64,000 bases of DNA from Amoebidium appalachense (GCA_963693365.1 CAVNZM010000006.1:10853355-10917354), one strand, 5' to 3'; numbered from the stretch's first letter, positions 40,033 to 64,000 are shown. Translations and numbers: made by a program. Notes: generated by a model from the letters alone, not told the origin.

Positions 40033-40323
40033 TTTACGCGGGATGATCCCCCGTGATTGTCCGGTCCCCTCTGAGTCTCCCTGCCTCCGGCGGTGCCTGC
40101 AAAAATATCGTACGTCACTGTAGACCGTTGCTGTGGGTCAATATGCTGAGCCACTGCCGCCGCTGGCTGTGTGCAACATGTGCCCTCAAGCTTGAGCATG
40201 TGGATCCATGTGTGTGTATGAGCTCTCTATGTAGTATGTCTGTATGTAGTGCGTGTGTGTGTGTGTGCGTATGTGTGTGCGTGTGTGTACTTGTGATTGT
40301 GTGTGTCACAGACTCTGTAGGGG

Positions 40324-40380
40324 TCTGTATAAAAAATTTGTCTGTATGTGGTGTGTGTGTGCGTGTGTGTGCGTGTGCGT

Positions 40381-40445
<65 letters not shown>

Positions 40446-40790
40446 TGCCACAGACTTACATTTTGGTGACGAAGTCCAACGGCATGCCGGCGCACCCGGC
40501 CGCGGCGCAAGGCCACCCTGGGAGATCCGCTTGCCGCGCCGCGGCGTGGGCGTGCACTACAATCCGTTGATCCAATGGACCACTTTAGATCTACTATTCA
40601 AAAATCGATCAATTTTTTGCTTCGCTCCAACACCCGAGGTTGGCCGCCATAGGGCCGTCGTTTGTCGGGCTGCCTGGCAGCGGCTCCAGCTGCCCGACGT
40701 AGAAGCTACTTCTGGCAAAGACAAACCCCTTTACGTAACAATATTTGCTTTTTCCTCAAAATGCTACACAGATGCTTTTTATTATAGATG
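40324..40790. mobile_element. Hairpin-rich repeat with internal (GT)n, possibly Helitron/Helentron-type non-autonomous
   Basis: Ends tctgtataaaaaat... and ...gctttttattataga form loose inverted repeats. GC hairpins ccgcggcgc/gcgccgcgg and gtcgggc/gcccgac. Blocks atggaccactttagatcta and gccatagggcc recur inverted at about 43600-43663. Confidence 0.45.
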
Positions 40791-41654
40791 ATAATTTCTA
40801 TCGTCTTAGTTATTTTGGGGTTTGCAGGCTTGTTGCGTTGGGCGTTTTTCTTAGTCATTCGTGATCATGAGGGCATCACACGCACCGTAGTTAAACATAT
40901 GCACAAGTACTACGGGTGTTGAACATTTACTGCCTGCATGGTGCGTTTCTGCCAAATACACTCTCTGGGGGTAGAGTAGGCATGGCGTGTGAACATTATA
41001 CACACGTACAGCGTGATCATTCAGTCCACCTTTTTGTGGAATGCCCTGTCAGCCATACACATACAGACAACGGGAAGGCGTTTCGGTCGAAAACACATCA
41101 TGACTGTTTTCCACACCGTCCAACGCAACCAGCAGACTCTGACAGACACCCTAACATGTTGTTCTTTTTGTAATAAATTACTTGTTGCATATATCGTCTC
41201 GTCAAGTATCCCTTGCATCCAAAGGTCACTTGAGTGCAACGTGTTTTTTTGCACAGTGCAGTGTGTAGAGGTAGCACTAGTATCGGTACGAGCCCACTAT
41301 GTACTGCCACTAACATGAAACAAGTCGAATTAGATGCTTGCTACTTAACTGTATTGTTTTTCTTTCTCTTGCTCACGGATAAAAGAAATGCAAACCCGGC
41401 AGCTCTCTTTCTATTCTAAGTCTTTGTACATCTACCCGTCTGTTCTCTCCCTACACAAGATCTGCGCAGAAGCTGCTAATTATATCTAACGTTACGTTGT
41501 CTTGGGCTAGCACTAACCCGGACCGTGCGTGTTTGCAAACCGCCACTGCACCAAAAGAGGCCGGTTAATATACTGTGCCAGTGTGTCGTTTGTTACACAG
41601 GGTAAGTGTGTCTGTGTATTGCGCATGTGTGTGTACTGTGTGTGACATTAAGAT

Positions 41655-41745
<91 letters not shown>

Positions 41746-41932
41746 AGACGCAGTGTGTGTGTGTGTGTTTGTGTGTGTGTGAGTGATTGTGTCACGTTTG
41801 CGTGTGTATTTGTGCACGCGTACACTTAAGCGTCTGTATATGCTTGTGTGTGTGTGTGTGTGTGCCCTTGCGTGCACGTGTGTGAACGCACACGTCTGTG
41901 TGTGTATTCTTTGTGTGTGCGTATATGTGTGT

Positions 41933-42020
<88 letters not shown>

Positions 42021-42086
42021 TGTGTGTTGCAATCCGGTGGGTGGGTGTTTGTTAGAGTATGTGTCGTGTGTTTGTCTGTGTGTGTG

Positions 42087-42117
<31 letters not shown>

Positions 42118-42191
42118 GTGTGTGTTTGTGTGTGTTTCAATCCCGTGGGTGGGTGTTTGTTAGAGTATGTGTCACGTGTTTGTCTTTATGT

Positions 42192-42236
<45 letters not shown>

Positions 42237-42348
42237 CGCGCGCACGCGCACGCACACGCGTTCAGGTGTGAGTGTATGTCGACGTCAGTGAAGGTGTACG
42301 TTGTTATGCTCTCACGGTCCTCTTCCTAGCCTTCCCTCCCGGGACCCC

Positions 42349-42379
<31 letters not shown>

Positions 42380-42680
42380 TTCTTTCCCTCCCTCGCCAGG
42401 GGCACCTTGTTGCCCCGCCTCTCTTGTAGGTGCCTAGGGAGGGAGGTGGTGGTGGGGGGAGGGAGGAAGGGGGAGGAAGGAAGGCATAAGGAACTTCGGA
42501 AAGGGGGGGGGGGGGGGGGGGCTGGCGGGCAAAAGTGGGGTTTGGGTGGGGCGGCTGGGGAAGGTGGGGTCGATATGGAGAAGGTAACAGATCTGTGTAA
42601 GAAGTGTTGAAGTGAGCGAGGTCAAGCTGCCTTGTTTACATGTAGTTATTTGTGTGTTTATGTGTGTGTGTGTGTCACGG

Positions 42681-42745
<65 letters not shown>

Positions 42746-42754
42746 CTCTCTCGT

Positions 42755-42796
<42 letters not shown>

Positions 42797-43479
42797 ACTC
42801 TGGTGTGTGTGTGCGTCTGTGTGTGTGTGTGTGTGTACATGTGTGTGTGCGTGTGTGCGTGTGTGCGTGTGTGTGTGTGTGTGTTTGTGTGTATTTTTGT
42901 TTGTATGTGTGTGTGTGTTTCTTACGGCCCGGTGTTCTTGCCTAAGTTAGTTGTGTAGAGGGGGGACTAGTACGGGCGGGCCTTCCCATGCAGTCAGGGG
43001 CGGGCAGGTGGGTGGTTAGGGGCAGTGTATAAGTTGAGCATGATGGGGGTGGGACAAACTTGAGCCTATGCCTGAACAACCAAGTCATGTTTATTTGGCT
43101 TCTTCTGAGTGGTAGCACCAAAACCCCACTGTTTGCACCTTCTAGAACGGGCGTACAGTGGGACAAGCTCCGGTAACAGGTTTGAGGTGTAGTGGCTTGT
43201 TGTCGATCACACAAAAAAAGTTGCAGTGACCGGGTTAAAGTGGTCGCCGCATAACCTTTGGCTCTTATAGGTTCTTTTTTTTTCACTCTACTGGGCCACG
43301 TCACGGCGTCTTCTAACCATAGTTCCGTGAACCACACACCATACCACCACGTCCACAGATCTAGACTCCGGAGGTAGACTGCAGCTCTACTGATGAGCAG
43401 GCATGTGCGTGCGGGGCTTTTGATTGTTTAACCAATATTTTAAACTGTTGTTATTTGTGTCATATACAATTACTCACTA

Positions 43480-43750
43480 CTCTAAAAATGCGCTTATACT
43501 AGCTTAAAGTAGGTTAAATAGAGTCGCTTCAGTCCTTGTAGGTGTTGTAAGTTTCGCACGGAAAACCATGGCGCAGCGGCTGCGCAGTCTGCACACGGGA
43601 AGGCCCTATGGCTCCAGAGCCGCATCCCACAGATCGGCCTATTATAGATCCAAAGTGGTCCATAGCATGCCGGAGGCAAGACCATTTCTCGCTACCGTCG
43701 TGGCTCCCCGAGACTCCGGGACATGAAATCAGAGGCAAGTACGGGACTAA
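43480..43750. repeat. Diverged inverted relative of the 40324-40790 element
   Basis: ggccctatggc and tagatccaaagtggtccat are reverse complements (the latter with one mismatch) of blocks at about 40647 and 40575, in mirrored order. Confidence 0.45.
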
Positions 43751-43833
43751 AGAATATATATGAATAACTGTTAATTGACATCTAACGAACCATGAAAACT
43801 ATGGTGTGTGTGCATGCATGTAAGTGCACGTAC

Positions 43834-43870
<37 letters not shown>

Positions 43871-43895
43871 GTGCGTGTGTGTGTGCGTGTGTGTG

Positions 43896-43929
<34 letters not shown>

Positions 43930-44791
43930 CCTACCCTAAAGAAGGAAACAGTGTCCCTAACGCGCATCAAGCAGGAAAAAGGACAGCTAGCTAAGGCAAC
44001 TAGTTTGTGCGCTTTTACACTAGCACCACCAAACTTAGTTCAACCGACTAACTCTACAAATCCCTTTACCTCTGATGCCAGACACTCACACAAACGCTAA
44101 AACGAAAACCAAAGACTGAAATCCAAACGACATGTACTCCTATTTAGACCCGGTGTGACGATGCATTTGGAATTTGAAGCCAGACTGAAGAAACCAATCA
44201 AATGCTTTGAAATCTGACCAAATCAGAACACCAAACCACACTAACTATATATGGAAACCAGCAAATCCAACACAACTAATGCATGACAAATAACCAATCA
44301 CCTCACCGCAATGCCACACGGTGGATCTTCGTCTCTCACCGCTGCCTCTTCCCGCTTGAAAACCACATTGCGACAATGTTTGCCACTAATGGCTAAACCT
44401 CTTTTTTTCAGACATCAGAGGGCCGTGCTAAACCACGGCCATCTAGAACAAGGCCTCCTAAATAGCACACCTATGATCTAGAAACACCCCAGATGGCCGT
44501 GGGCTAAACACAGTTGCTATATTTGGTGTACTGGCTCATTGATGACGTCACTGCGGCTCACGAGTGTTCGCACTTCGCCGCTCGCCGAGAGGCTGAGCAG
44601 TCCCAGATCCGGAGTGCGCTCATTCGTGCTTCATCGGAGCGCTTGTGTTTTGTGTGTGTTGTGCATGATACTTACACTCGTGATAGCAAGGGAGGCTCCA
44701 CGTGTTTCTACTTGTGCTGTGCCACACTAGACTGTAAGAGCACAAGTAGATTTGTGCGCCAGACCAGCGGGCCTAGTGGACACACAGAGCC

Positions 44792-55686
<10,895 letters not shown>

Positions 55687-56279
55687 ATGCGTGTGGATGT
55701 GCGTGTGGGTATGGGTGCTTACGTGTGTGGACGTGTGCTTGGGTTGGTGGGTGGGTGGGTGAGTGGGTGGGCAAGCTGGCGCGTGTGCATGTTTGTGGCC
55801 TGTTGCTGGTTGGGGCTTTGTTGGGGAGGGGAGGGGGGAGGGGGGGGGGGGGGTAACTTGTATAATATGCGGGTAGAATGGCAATGTATATTTATGGTAG
55901 TGGCCTGAGCTCAGACCTAGTGTAGGATATGGCATGGGTGTGATACTATCAGTGGTGGCTGGCAAGGGGTCCGGGGGGGATGTTGAAGGTTTTTGTCACA
56001 GGACATGAATGTTGTACAGAGAGGAGGGTATTTGCTTAGTGCTATGAACAGTGTTCGGTGTGCAGCACAAACACGCTAGATCTTCGACTCATGCTCAGTA
56101 TTACTGGCCCGTTGTATGTGGTGGCTCTCATTCGAAAGCAGCAGTATGCCGGCTGGCCTTTTTATAGAAATTTCAGTTGTGCTCAGTGGCTGCTCGTTTT
56201 TTGGTATGTAAGTAATGTATAGGTATTAATATATAGAGTGTCGGAGATAAGCCTAGGAGGGATTCTGCTTGAGAGATAA

Positions 56280-56900
56280 GGGCGTGTTTGGCAGCCACCC
56301 AATAATCGTATTCGTATTTAGGGCGAAAAGACGATCAATCGAGTTTATAAAATTATTTTGTGGTATTCGTATTTAGGGGCAATAATACGATTATGGCGCG
56401 CCAAAATCGGTGACACGAAATTTGAGCCCGTCTGATCGTATTTAAGTTTCATCAGTGGAATGCTGAAAGAGCTATGTTACAGATGTTTGATTGGGTGAAG
56501 GGGTGCAAACCGAAAATAAAACATTTTTTACCTCGAAGTGTAATTAAAGTCAATTTGGGGCATATTTTTTCAGCTTTATATGGATATAGATACTTCTTGT
56601 AAAAAAGCATAATGGGGAAAAGAACAGACACTGAACCGATTGCCACCAACCTCAAAGCCGCGGTTTTAATATTGGATTGGATCAGAGTGATCCAATAGAA
56701 GCTCATTTTGCTTTGATTGGCTTAAAATTATATCATCTATTTAAAATTCACCTCCGGAGGTGATTTTCGAAAATACGTATTTAGAGTGATGTCCATCGTC
56801 TGTAGCGTAAATTGAAACCTGTGGCGCGTTTGGCACGACACATATTCCGTATTCGTCTTTTTGCCGAAAAGACGATATAACTGCGCTGCCAAACACGCCC
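56280..56900. mobile_element. PIF/Harbinger (Tourist-like) MITE
   Basis: Perfect 16-bp TIR gggcgtgtttggcagc/gctgccaaacacgccc; TAA target duplication at 56277-56279 and 56901-56903; AT-rich non-coding interior. Confidence 0.9.
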
Positions 56901-57303
56901 TAAAACACAGGATCCGCATCATCTCTTTATTTTATTTGCGGCTGTACCAGCAGCCAATCGGGGTGCACCCTACAAATACAAATAAGGCAAGTCCATGCCC
57001 ATATCGGGGCATGGCACGGGCTCGAACCTACAAGATCCTGCCTTTGCCCAGTTTACACGTTATTACATGTACACGCAACATCAATGATATTCCCCTTAAA
57101 AATTCTCTCATACACCCTCCCTCTCTGCGTGCATGTTTGCTTCACTGATCGGTAGAAATGTAGATACCTGCTCTACTTTCGACATTGCTATTTATATACA
57201 TGCCGGCTATAAATAGCAATTTATATCAGCCAGCGGATTACTGGTTTTGGCCGTCACCAGGACAAACACCCTGGCAGCCAATGACCTTAAATATTTCTCA
57301 CAA

Positions 57304-58623
57304 TCATGCATCGCCATTTAAGGGCGGCACCACGACCATGTAATCCGATTGGCTGGCCACGGCCTGTGCTTGGTCATTAGCCGCATTTGTGATCTGCTGC
57401 AAGTTGCCCACCACACTGTTGCCGTCAGCTGATTGGTCGACCACATAGCTCCACGTGCCCTCGGATGCTTCCTGTACGGGCTGCACGAGCAGTCTGAATG
57501 CCCCCGTGCTGTTTGGGGTCTGGGTGCTGGTGGGCCGCCTGCTGCCACGTCTAGGCACGTTGGAGGGGGGCACACCCACCACCGCCTGCTTGGGGTACTC
57601 CACTACGGCTGCCCCCTGCACGGGGCTTGGGCTTAGGTTCGTGAAACTGGGCCGACGGCCAGCCGGGACAGCAGCTACGTTGGTGGCTTGCGGGTTGGCC
57701 CGTACGCGTGTACTGCTGGCCCGTGGGTACTCAATGACCACGGCATAGTGTGCATTGTCCGTGACGCTGTCGGATTGGGCCGAGTCGGGCTGCTGGACAA
57801 GAACCGGATTGGGGAGGGTGAACCGGTTGCTGAACTGCACCTGCACGATGCGGTTGGGGGTGGCCGGGCGCAGGTTGCGGGCATTGAGCTTGCCCTTGGC
57901 ACTGTTGGTCACTATCGCATACTTGACCTGCGGGCGCAATGGTGAGCAGGTCTAGCCTTGTAAGACTGTCTATACCAGTAATGGGATTGTGTTTGTGTGG
58001 ATGGTTTTGTTCACATAATGCTTGCGTTTCCTCCAGAAAGTGGTGTGCCGGCACAGTGCTATATGTGGGTGTGGGTGTGCTTGTGCGCCTTGTTGGTTGC
58101 ATGTGCCCCTTACATTTAGACATAGCTATTTGGTGGTCGAGTGGCCTTTAAGCAGGAGCAAACCATGAGTTCCAATAGGCCATCGGGTGGTAGCCACGCA
58201 TGGACAGGGAGTGAAACGGTGTGTTGAAAGAGGAGAAGGGGGGAGGGGGAGGGAGGGGGGAGATTGCAGGTGTGGGGGTTATGGGCTACACACCTCCTCC
58301 GGGGTGGCATCAGGATAGCGGCTGAGGTAGAGCACTGCGGCACCGGCAACAAACGGGGCAGCCCTGGAGGGGATATGGGTCAGGGCACAGTGCAATGGGT
58401 GGTATGGGACCCAATCAGGCTGCAAGAAATATTTGTGTGTGATGTAGACCCCGATGTGTGTGTGGGTGTGTGCGTGCACGGTGTGTGTGTGTTGTGTGTA
58501 TTTTTTTAGGGGGGCGTGTGTGTGTGTGTGTCTAGGGAGTAGCTTGGTGATGGTGATGGTGGGTTCTTCTTTCCTTTCTTTCTTTCTTTCTTTTCTTTCT
58601 TTTTTTTCTTTTTTTTCTTTTTT

Positions 58624-58671
<48 letters not shown>

Positions 58672-61600
58672 ACCGGCACTTACTGAGAGGTGCCACCGGC
58701 CTCAGCATAAACAGTGGGGGCACCGATGTAGCTCGACCTGATGTTCATGCCCGGGGCAAGAATGTCACAGCACCTGCAGAGAGGCAGGTCAGCCAGTGCC
58801 TAGTGACTAGCACCCTGCAGCCCATTGGCTGCTTACGTGCGTGCAGTGTGCATACATCTGTGCAGGCATGCATTAAGATGCCGTGTTTGCGAGCTTTGCT
58901 TCTTCTTTTTAGGGTTGAACTCTAGGCCTGGTGTGTGTTGCAATGGGAAATGAAGGGGAACAGGAGTGTCTATGCAGCACGTACTTTCCATAGTTCGATG
59001 ACTGGGGCATCATCTCCGTGCCTGACCCGCAGCTGCCCGATGTGCAGATGTACTGGCTGGCCACGGTGATGGCACCCTTTGCCGACCCAGGGCTGGTCTG
59101 GCAGGCATCCTTGCCGTCATTGCCTGCAGCCACCACCACCGTCACCTTGTCGGCCACCAGGCGGTCCACCATATCATTCAGTAGCTCGATCTTGGTGGGC
59201 AGGCCCAGGGACAGGGAGGCCACGGCAGGGCGTGTCTTGTCTGGGCGGTTGAGGATGCTGGCCATGCCGTAGTAGACCGCACGCAGGGACCCGGCACCAC
59301 TGGGCCCAAATACTTTGACCGCCTTGACCTGCGCATTGGTCACCTGGGGGGGGGGGGGGGGGGGGGTTAAGAATACTGGGGAGGAGGGGGTAGTCCTACA
59401 CAAACCACTGCACTCACTAAGCAGTACTGGTGAGGGACAAGGTTCAAACCATGGAATGGCATGCGTTTTTGAAAGGCAACCACACGGAGAGGATGGGCGG
59501 CGGGGATTTCTTTCTTTCTTCCTTCTCCTTTTTCTTTTCTTTCTTTCTTTCTTTTTTTTTTTTTCGCGGGGGGGAGGGGGAGGGGGGGGGGGGGGGGGGT
59601 ATTCTGTGAACCCCCCTGCCATACAAAGACAACATTTTTTTTTCCCACTCCCAGTGCACCAGCAAGACTATATCTACATTTCACTGTTCTTTTCATCCCC
59701 TCCTGCCACCCTACCCACAACCACCAACCCCCCATGCATCCCCAGCTGCCACCAAGCATTCACCTACCCCCGTAGTCTCTCCAGCCACAATGCCCGCACA
59801 GTGTGTGCCGTGGCCATTTTCATCCATGGCCTCGTTTGTGTCGTGGCCCTTCAACTGCGGGTCAACATAATAGTAGCTGGCCCGGCCCGCCAACTGCACG
59901 TGATCAATGTACACCCCCGTGTCCACCACGTACACATCCACCCCGCTAGAATCCACCCGTTCTCCCTCACTGTATGGCTGGTGGTCGAGTGGCAAGTCGC
60001 GTTGGTCGATTCGGTCCAGGGCCCAGCTGTAGGGCCGCGACTCGCCCCGTCGGGTCACTGTACCTGCTGTTCTCACGACCAGGTCCTGTTGCACGTACAG
60101 GACGGTCTCGTCCATGCGGATGGGTGTGAGGCCTTCCTCGGTCAGGGTCATGGTTACGGCCCCAACGTTGATCTGCTCGTCGATGCTCACATTGTTGCTG
60201 AAGGGGTCCTGGGGGTGATGGGGTGGGGCATGTGAGATCCACTGTGTGCACACTGAAATGCAAGCTTGATTAAGGCGCACCAGACTAACACACATGTGGT
60301 GGTATTCACATGTCACATGCACAAAGGGCTGAGCGTGCTGTGCATTACTTACTTGGGCAGAAGGGCTCGACCCGGAAGCCTGTCTCCTCTGGACGCGCTT
60401 GAAGGCAAAACTCTGAATGCGGACCTTTGCATATTCCTTGCTGTATCTCGGGTCCAGCACGACAATGTACGACCCTGGTATCGCCTCTGTTTGGTTGTCT
60501 GCCTGTGTGGTGCAGTGTGGGGTTAAACACAAACAATACTGGATGGCACGGTCTATCGATTGCTCAAACAAAGCATGTGCATGGCATAAAAAATGTGTGT
60601 GCGCTCACAAAGACTTTTATATGGTTATAGAGACACACAGATTATAGAAATAATACTGGGAATATACCCTGCAAAAATGACCATGAAACCTTCATGCTCG
60701 TGTTTGTGTGTCATGAGTACGACTTATTGAATCATTCCCCGAAGATTAGTGTCCCTTTTCTGCTTGTACAGACAGGCAATAAGGAAACAGTTTGTGCCAC
60801 ACCCACGCAACATCTTTTGCCTTTGCCAATGCCCATGCCGATATCGGATTGTGAGAAAGTTAAAAAAAGAGACAGAATGTGGTGCCGCATAATTTTTTTC
60901 GCTTCTTTTCTTTTTTCTTTCTCAACCCCCCTCACCCTCCTTCCTGCTCCCTGCTCTATTTTATGACACGTTTTTAATTTCCCTTTCTTTCTTTCTTTCT
61001 TTCCTTCTTCACTTCTTCTTCTTCCTCTTCCTCTTTTCTCTTTTTTCTTTTTCTTTTTTCCTTTTTTTTTGTTTCTTTCTTTTTTTTTTTTTTTTTTTTT
61101 TGTTGGGGGGGGGGGGGGGGGGGGAGGGGGGGAGGGAGGGAGGGAGGGAGGGGGGACATATAGTAAGGTACGTTAAGATGTAGTGCGAATTTATAAAATG
61201 TGTATGTGAAGTGTTCTTCAAGCAAGGGATGTGTGTAATTGAATGTAGAAATTTGCGTATGTGCGTGCGAACCGCAAGGATTTCTACACATACAAATGCT
61301 GCAGCATGCATGCAATTACTCGCTCTATTATTATAGCACTTTTGTTCCACTCAGCAACAAGCAGTTTGTGCGAGTGGCTTCTGCCAGTCTGATGCAAAAG
61401 GATGGGGAAAAAAATGGACACGAACTTTTGGTCATCCTTCCCTCAAATTCATTATCAAAGAAGCCTGGGGGTGTTATGCTCGTGCATTTGAGGCCCACGT
61501 GCGTATAAGCACATTGCATGCATGCTCTGCCTTGCTTCTGCAAACAACGAATCATAAGTCACGGCATTCGTCAATCTACTTATCACGATATAAGCAGATG

Positions 61601-61785
61601 GCAGTGTGCGACAATTAGCCATCCGAGGATACATGAGCAACAACCCAAACGGAGCACGACATAGAGGGTGCACATACCAGGTACAGGGGTGATAGGCCCC
61701 GGGCGGCTTGCACACATGGACTGTGCAAGCATGCGCCTAGTAGTGTGAGGGCAGCAGACACACGGGCAAATAGTGGTCGCGGCAT
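57304..61785 (-). CDS. Secreted subtilisin-like serine protease (S8A, proteinase K-like) with I9 propeptide and C-terminal extension
   Basis: Minus-strand exons: 61785-61678 (signal peptide MPRPLFARVSAALTLLGACL...), 60502-60353 (IPGSYIVVL), 60208-59768 (WALDRIDQR, catalytic Asp VYVVDTG, His DENGHGTHCAG), 59343-58985 (SLSLG, oxyanion AAGN, SPGSA), 58773-58684 plus 58363-58294 (catalytic Ser GTSQAAPFVAG), 57927-57304 (TPNR and tail). Confidence 0.93.
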
Positions 61786-63060
61786 TTTATGAATTAGTCT
61801 GCAGGAAAAGGCGTACTCACTGGATAGGTCCCAGGGAGAGAATATAGCACGTAAACCGCAAATTTGAGCTGGGTTGTTGAATAATAACTCTCAATTCAAT
61901 CTTGCCCAACTCGGACAGCAGAAATGTAGACGGAAACTGTGTGCCACTGGGGTGTATGTGTACTGTGGTGAACGTTTGTCGCTGAGAAAACACCCAAGCT
62001 CAATACCAGCAACACAAAGCAAGGCCAGGCGGTCACGGCAAAACCTTTACACAGTGTCTACACTAGTCTATAAACGGCATTCGTGCGCTCAAGTGGATTC
62101 TGTGTTGGCTGCATGGCTCAGCTACAAAACTGGTTATTGAGTGTGTGTGCTGCCAAAATGGAGTAGTTGCTTTTCAAGCTGCTATGGGTAGTGTGATGAA
62201 CAGTTTGATTAGACGTCAGTGGCTGCCGGTGTATGTCTCTTTACAGATACCCACTCGAATACGAGGGCTGTTTGGCCACGTCAATACATGTGGCTATGTT
62301 CTGATTGCAGTGTATGATACTGAGAGACCAGAGAAAGGCCAAGCCAATTTTTATCATGAATGATGGCGGGGCTGCGCATGCCTGGCTGCTGGCGTATGTA
62401 TGCACAGTGTTGCGAGTGATCACCGTTGTGTGGTTGAAGAGCCCCTAATTTTGCAATCACGAGAATTGTTTATGATCGATTATTCAAAGCAATTATATCG
62501 GCTCAGAAGTTCTGGGCTTCATATCAAGTGAAGTTCGTGTTCGAACCATGCCAACTGAGACCAGACTGAGATGCCTTGAAAAGTGTGAGCCCACGTGATA
62601 GAACGACTGTTAAGGAAGGCCGGCAAATGCAAAAATGTAGAGGCTCATTTGTTAGTGGCAAGAAACTTCGCAAACTTATCATCACCACCAACCCATACAC
62701 CGCAGTGATGCATACCAAAGTGCTTTATCCTATAGCCTTTGGCCTAATTAATATCCTATTGGTTCTCATAACCTGAAAACCATTGGTTGAAAGAAATTTG
62801 ACCAATTACAACAGAGGCTCGCACCTGGCCCGTAGGAATGTACACAGGTGCAGTCAGGTCATCCTATTGGTGAATAAATCAAGGGATTCTCATGATCCAC
62901 CTGGAGCCTCGAGACTCCAGATTGAATCTCCAAGATCATAGTTGGATACTTCACTTAATTGCCTGTTCGAGAACTTTTTGCCTATATTCGTTGTGTTCGA
63001 ATCCAAAAAAGACTCAAAAGCTTTAAAAAAACAAGTTTGCATGTAATCATTTTTTTCCCG

Positions 63061-63157
63061 GAGGCCCATCGACACAGATATCCTAAAGGGATTGATTATT
63101 TGATGCCGAGGCCCATCGACACAGATATCCTAAAGGGATTGATTATTTGATGCCGAG
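63061..63157. repeat. Perfect 47-bp tandem duplication
   Basis: gaggcccatcgacacagatatcctaaagggattgattatttgatgcc at 63061-63107 and 63108-63154. Confidence 0.92.
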
Positions 63158-63249
63158 ATCATGAATTTAAAACCCTGGGCTGTGATCCTGAGTTCGGGTG
63201 AAGGTCAAAGGGCCCAGGTCTAAGCCTATGTAAAAAAATCCCGCATCTC

Positions 63250-63458
63250 CACAGGATATTTAGGGGTCCTCGGGATATGGGATATATCCGGATATTTAGG
63301 CAGTTTTGGGATAGTTCCAAATGATATTTAGGGAGGGGCGGGATTTCCAATCTATCCACAGGGGGTGGATATATCCAGGTCGAGCGCTCAGGATAGATTT
63401 AGGTATCCCGTGGGTTTAGGGATATATTATAAATGTTTGTGGCCAGGGATATCACAGC
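63250..63458. repeat. Cluster of GGATAT/GATATTTAGG motifs (possible transposon subterminal array)
   Basis: Repeated ggatat-like words and three gatatttagg within ~210 bp. Confidence 0.5.
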
Positions 63459-63596
63459 AAATAGGCTAAGATCAAGGTTGTGAACGAGAGCAAAGTCAGG
63501 CTGATAAAAAGTCATGTATATGTAGTAGAAGATAAGTAGTCGACGTGAGCAAGGATAAAATTTCATTGTGGTGGCAAGACCGTCCCGTGCCTTGAG

Positions 63597-63638
<42 letters not shown>

Positions 63639-63892
63639 AGCCTTTGGCCTTCTGGTTCGTGCACACATACTCTTTTTCATGCATGCATACAAGTTATTCC
63701 TCCCCCCCCCCCCCCCCCCCCCCGCCCCCTTCCCCCCCCCCCCCACCCCCACCCCCCGCCCTCAATCGAGGCCGGGGCCGGCCACACGTGCACTGCAGAC
63801 TTGTCACGACTCACACGTACGTAATGGTGCATATGATCCATATGCATATCCTTTTTATGCATGCATGCATCCCCCCCCCCCCCCCCCCCACC

Positions 63893-63992
<100 letters not shown>

Positions 63993-64000
63993 TGATACTT

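Noticed and set aside
40916-41173. ORF with HLFVECP resembling a zf-RVT zinc knuckle (similar FFVECP at 24693-24917)
   Set aside because: Only a few residues match and there is no flanking RT similarity.
44433-44502. 12-bp inverted repeat ccacggccatct/agatggccgtgg upstream of DCAF11
   Set aside because: Isolated, with no TSD or second copy in the window; cannot be distinguished from chance or a promoter element.
63061-63157. Direct repeats as a possible CRISPR array (also 6577-6752 and 28100-28247)
   Set aside because: Head-to-tail tandem copies without unique spacers, no cas genes, eukaryotic context.

Overview
Eukaryotic nuclear DNA with many GT-AG introns full of (CA)n/(GT)n microsatellites and very long poly-C/poly-G runs. 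Almost all poly-Pro/Gly/HT/CV ORFs in the track are artefacts of these repeats. The animal-like glycogen phosphorylase and class-2 DYRK suggest a unicellular holozoan, possibly an ichthyosporean (inference only). Seven genes can be spliced by eye: the 3' part of glycogen phosphorylase (+), MICOS subunit MIC10 (+), a cAMP-receptor/GCR1-like 7TM GPCR (+), a DYRK2/4-like kinase (+), a small AP2/ERF-domain protein with a predicted mitochondrial presequence (-), DCAF11/WDR23/LEC14B (+) and a secreted proteinase-K-type subtilase with a long C-terminal tail (-). Introns and intergenic DNA carry several MITEs (hAT-like pair, PIF/Tourist-like, TTAA-flanked, one inside a C-run), a degenerate non-LTR retrotransposon, a Crypton-like relic with long hairpins, and five 5'-truncated repeat copies that all end at poly-C runs. 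The most unusual items are the putative mitochondrial AP2 protein, the poly(C)-associated repeat family and the atypical 3' splice sites.
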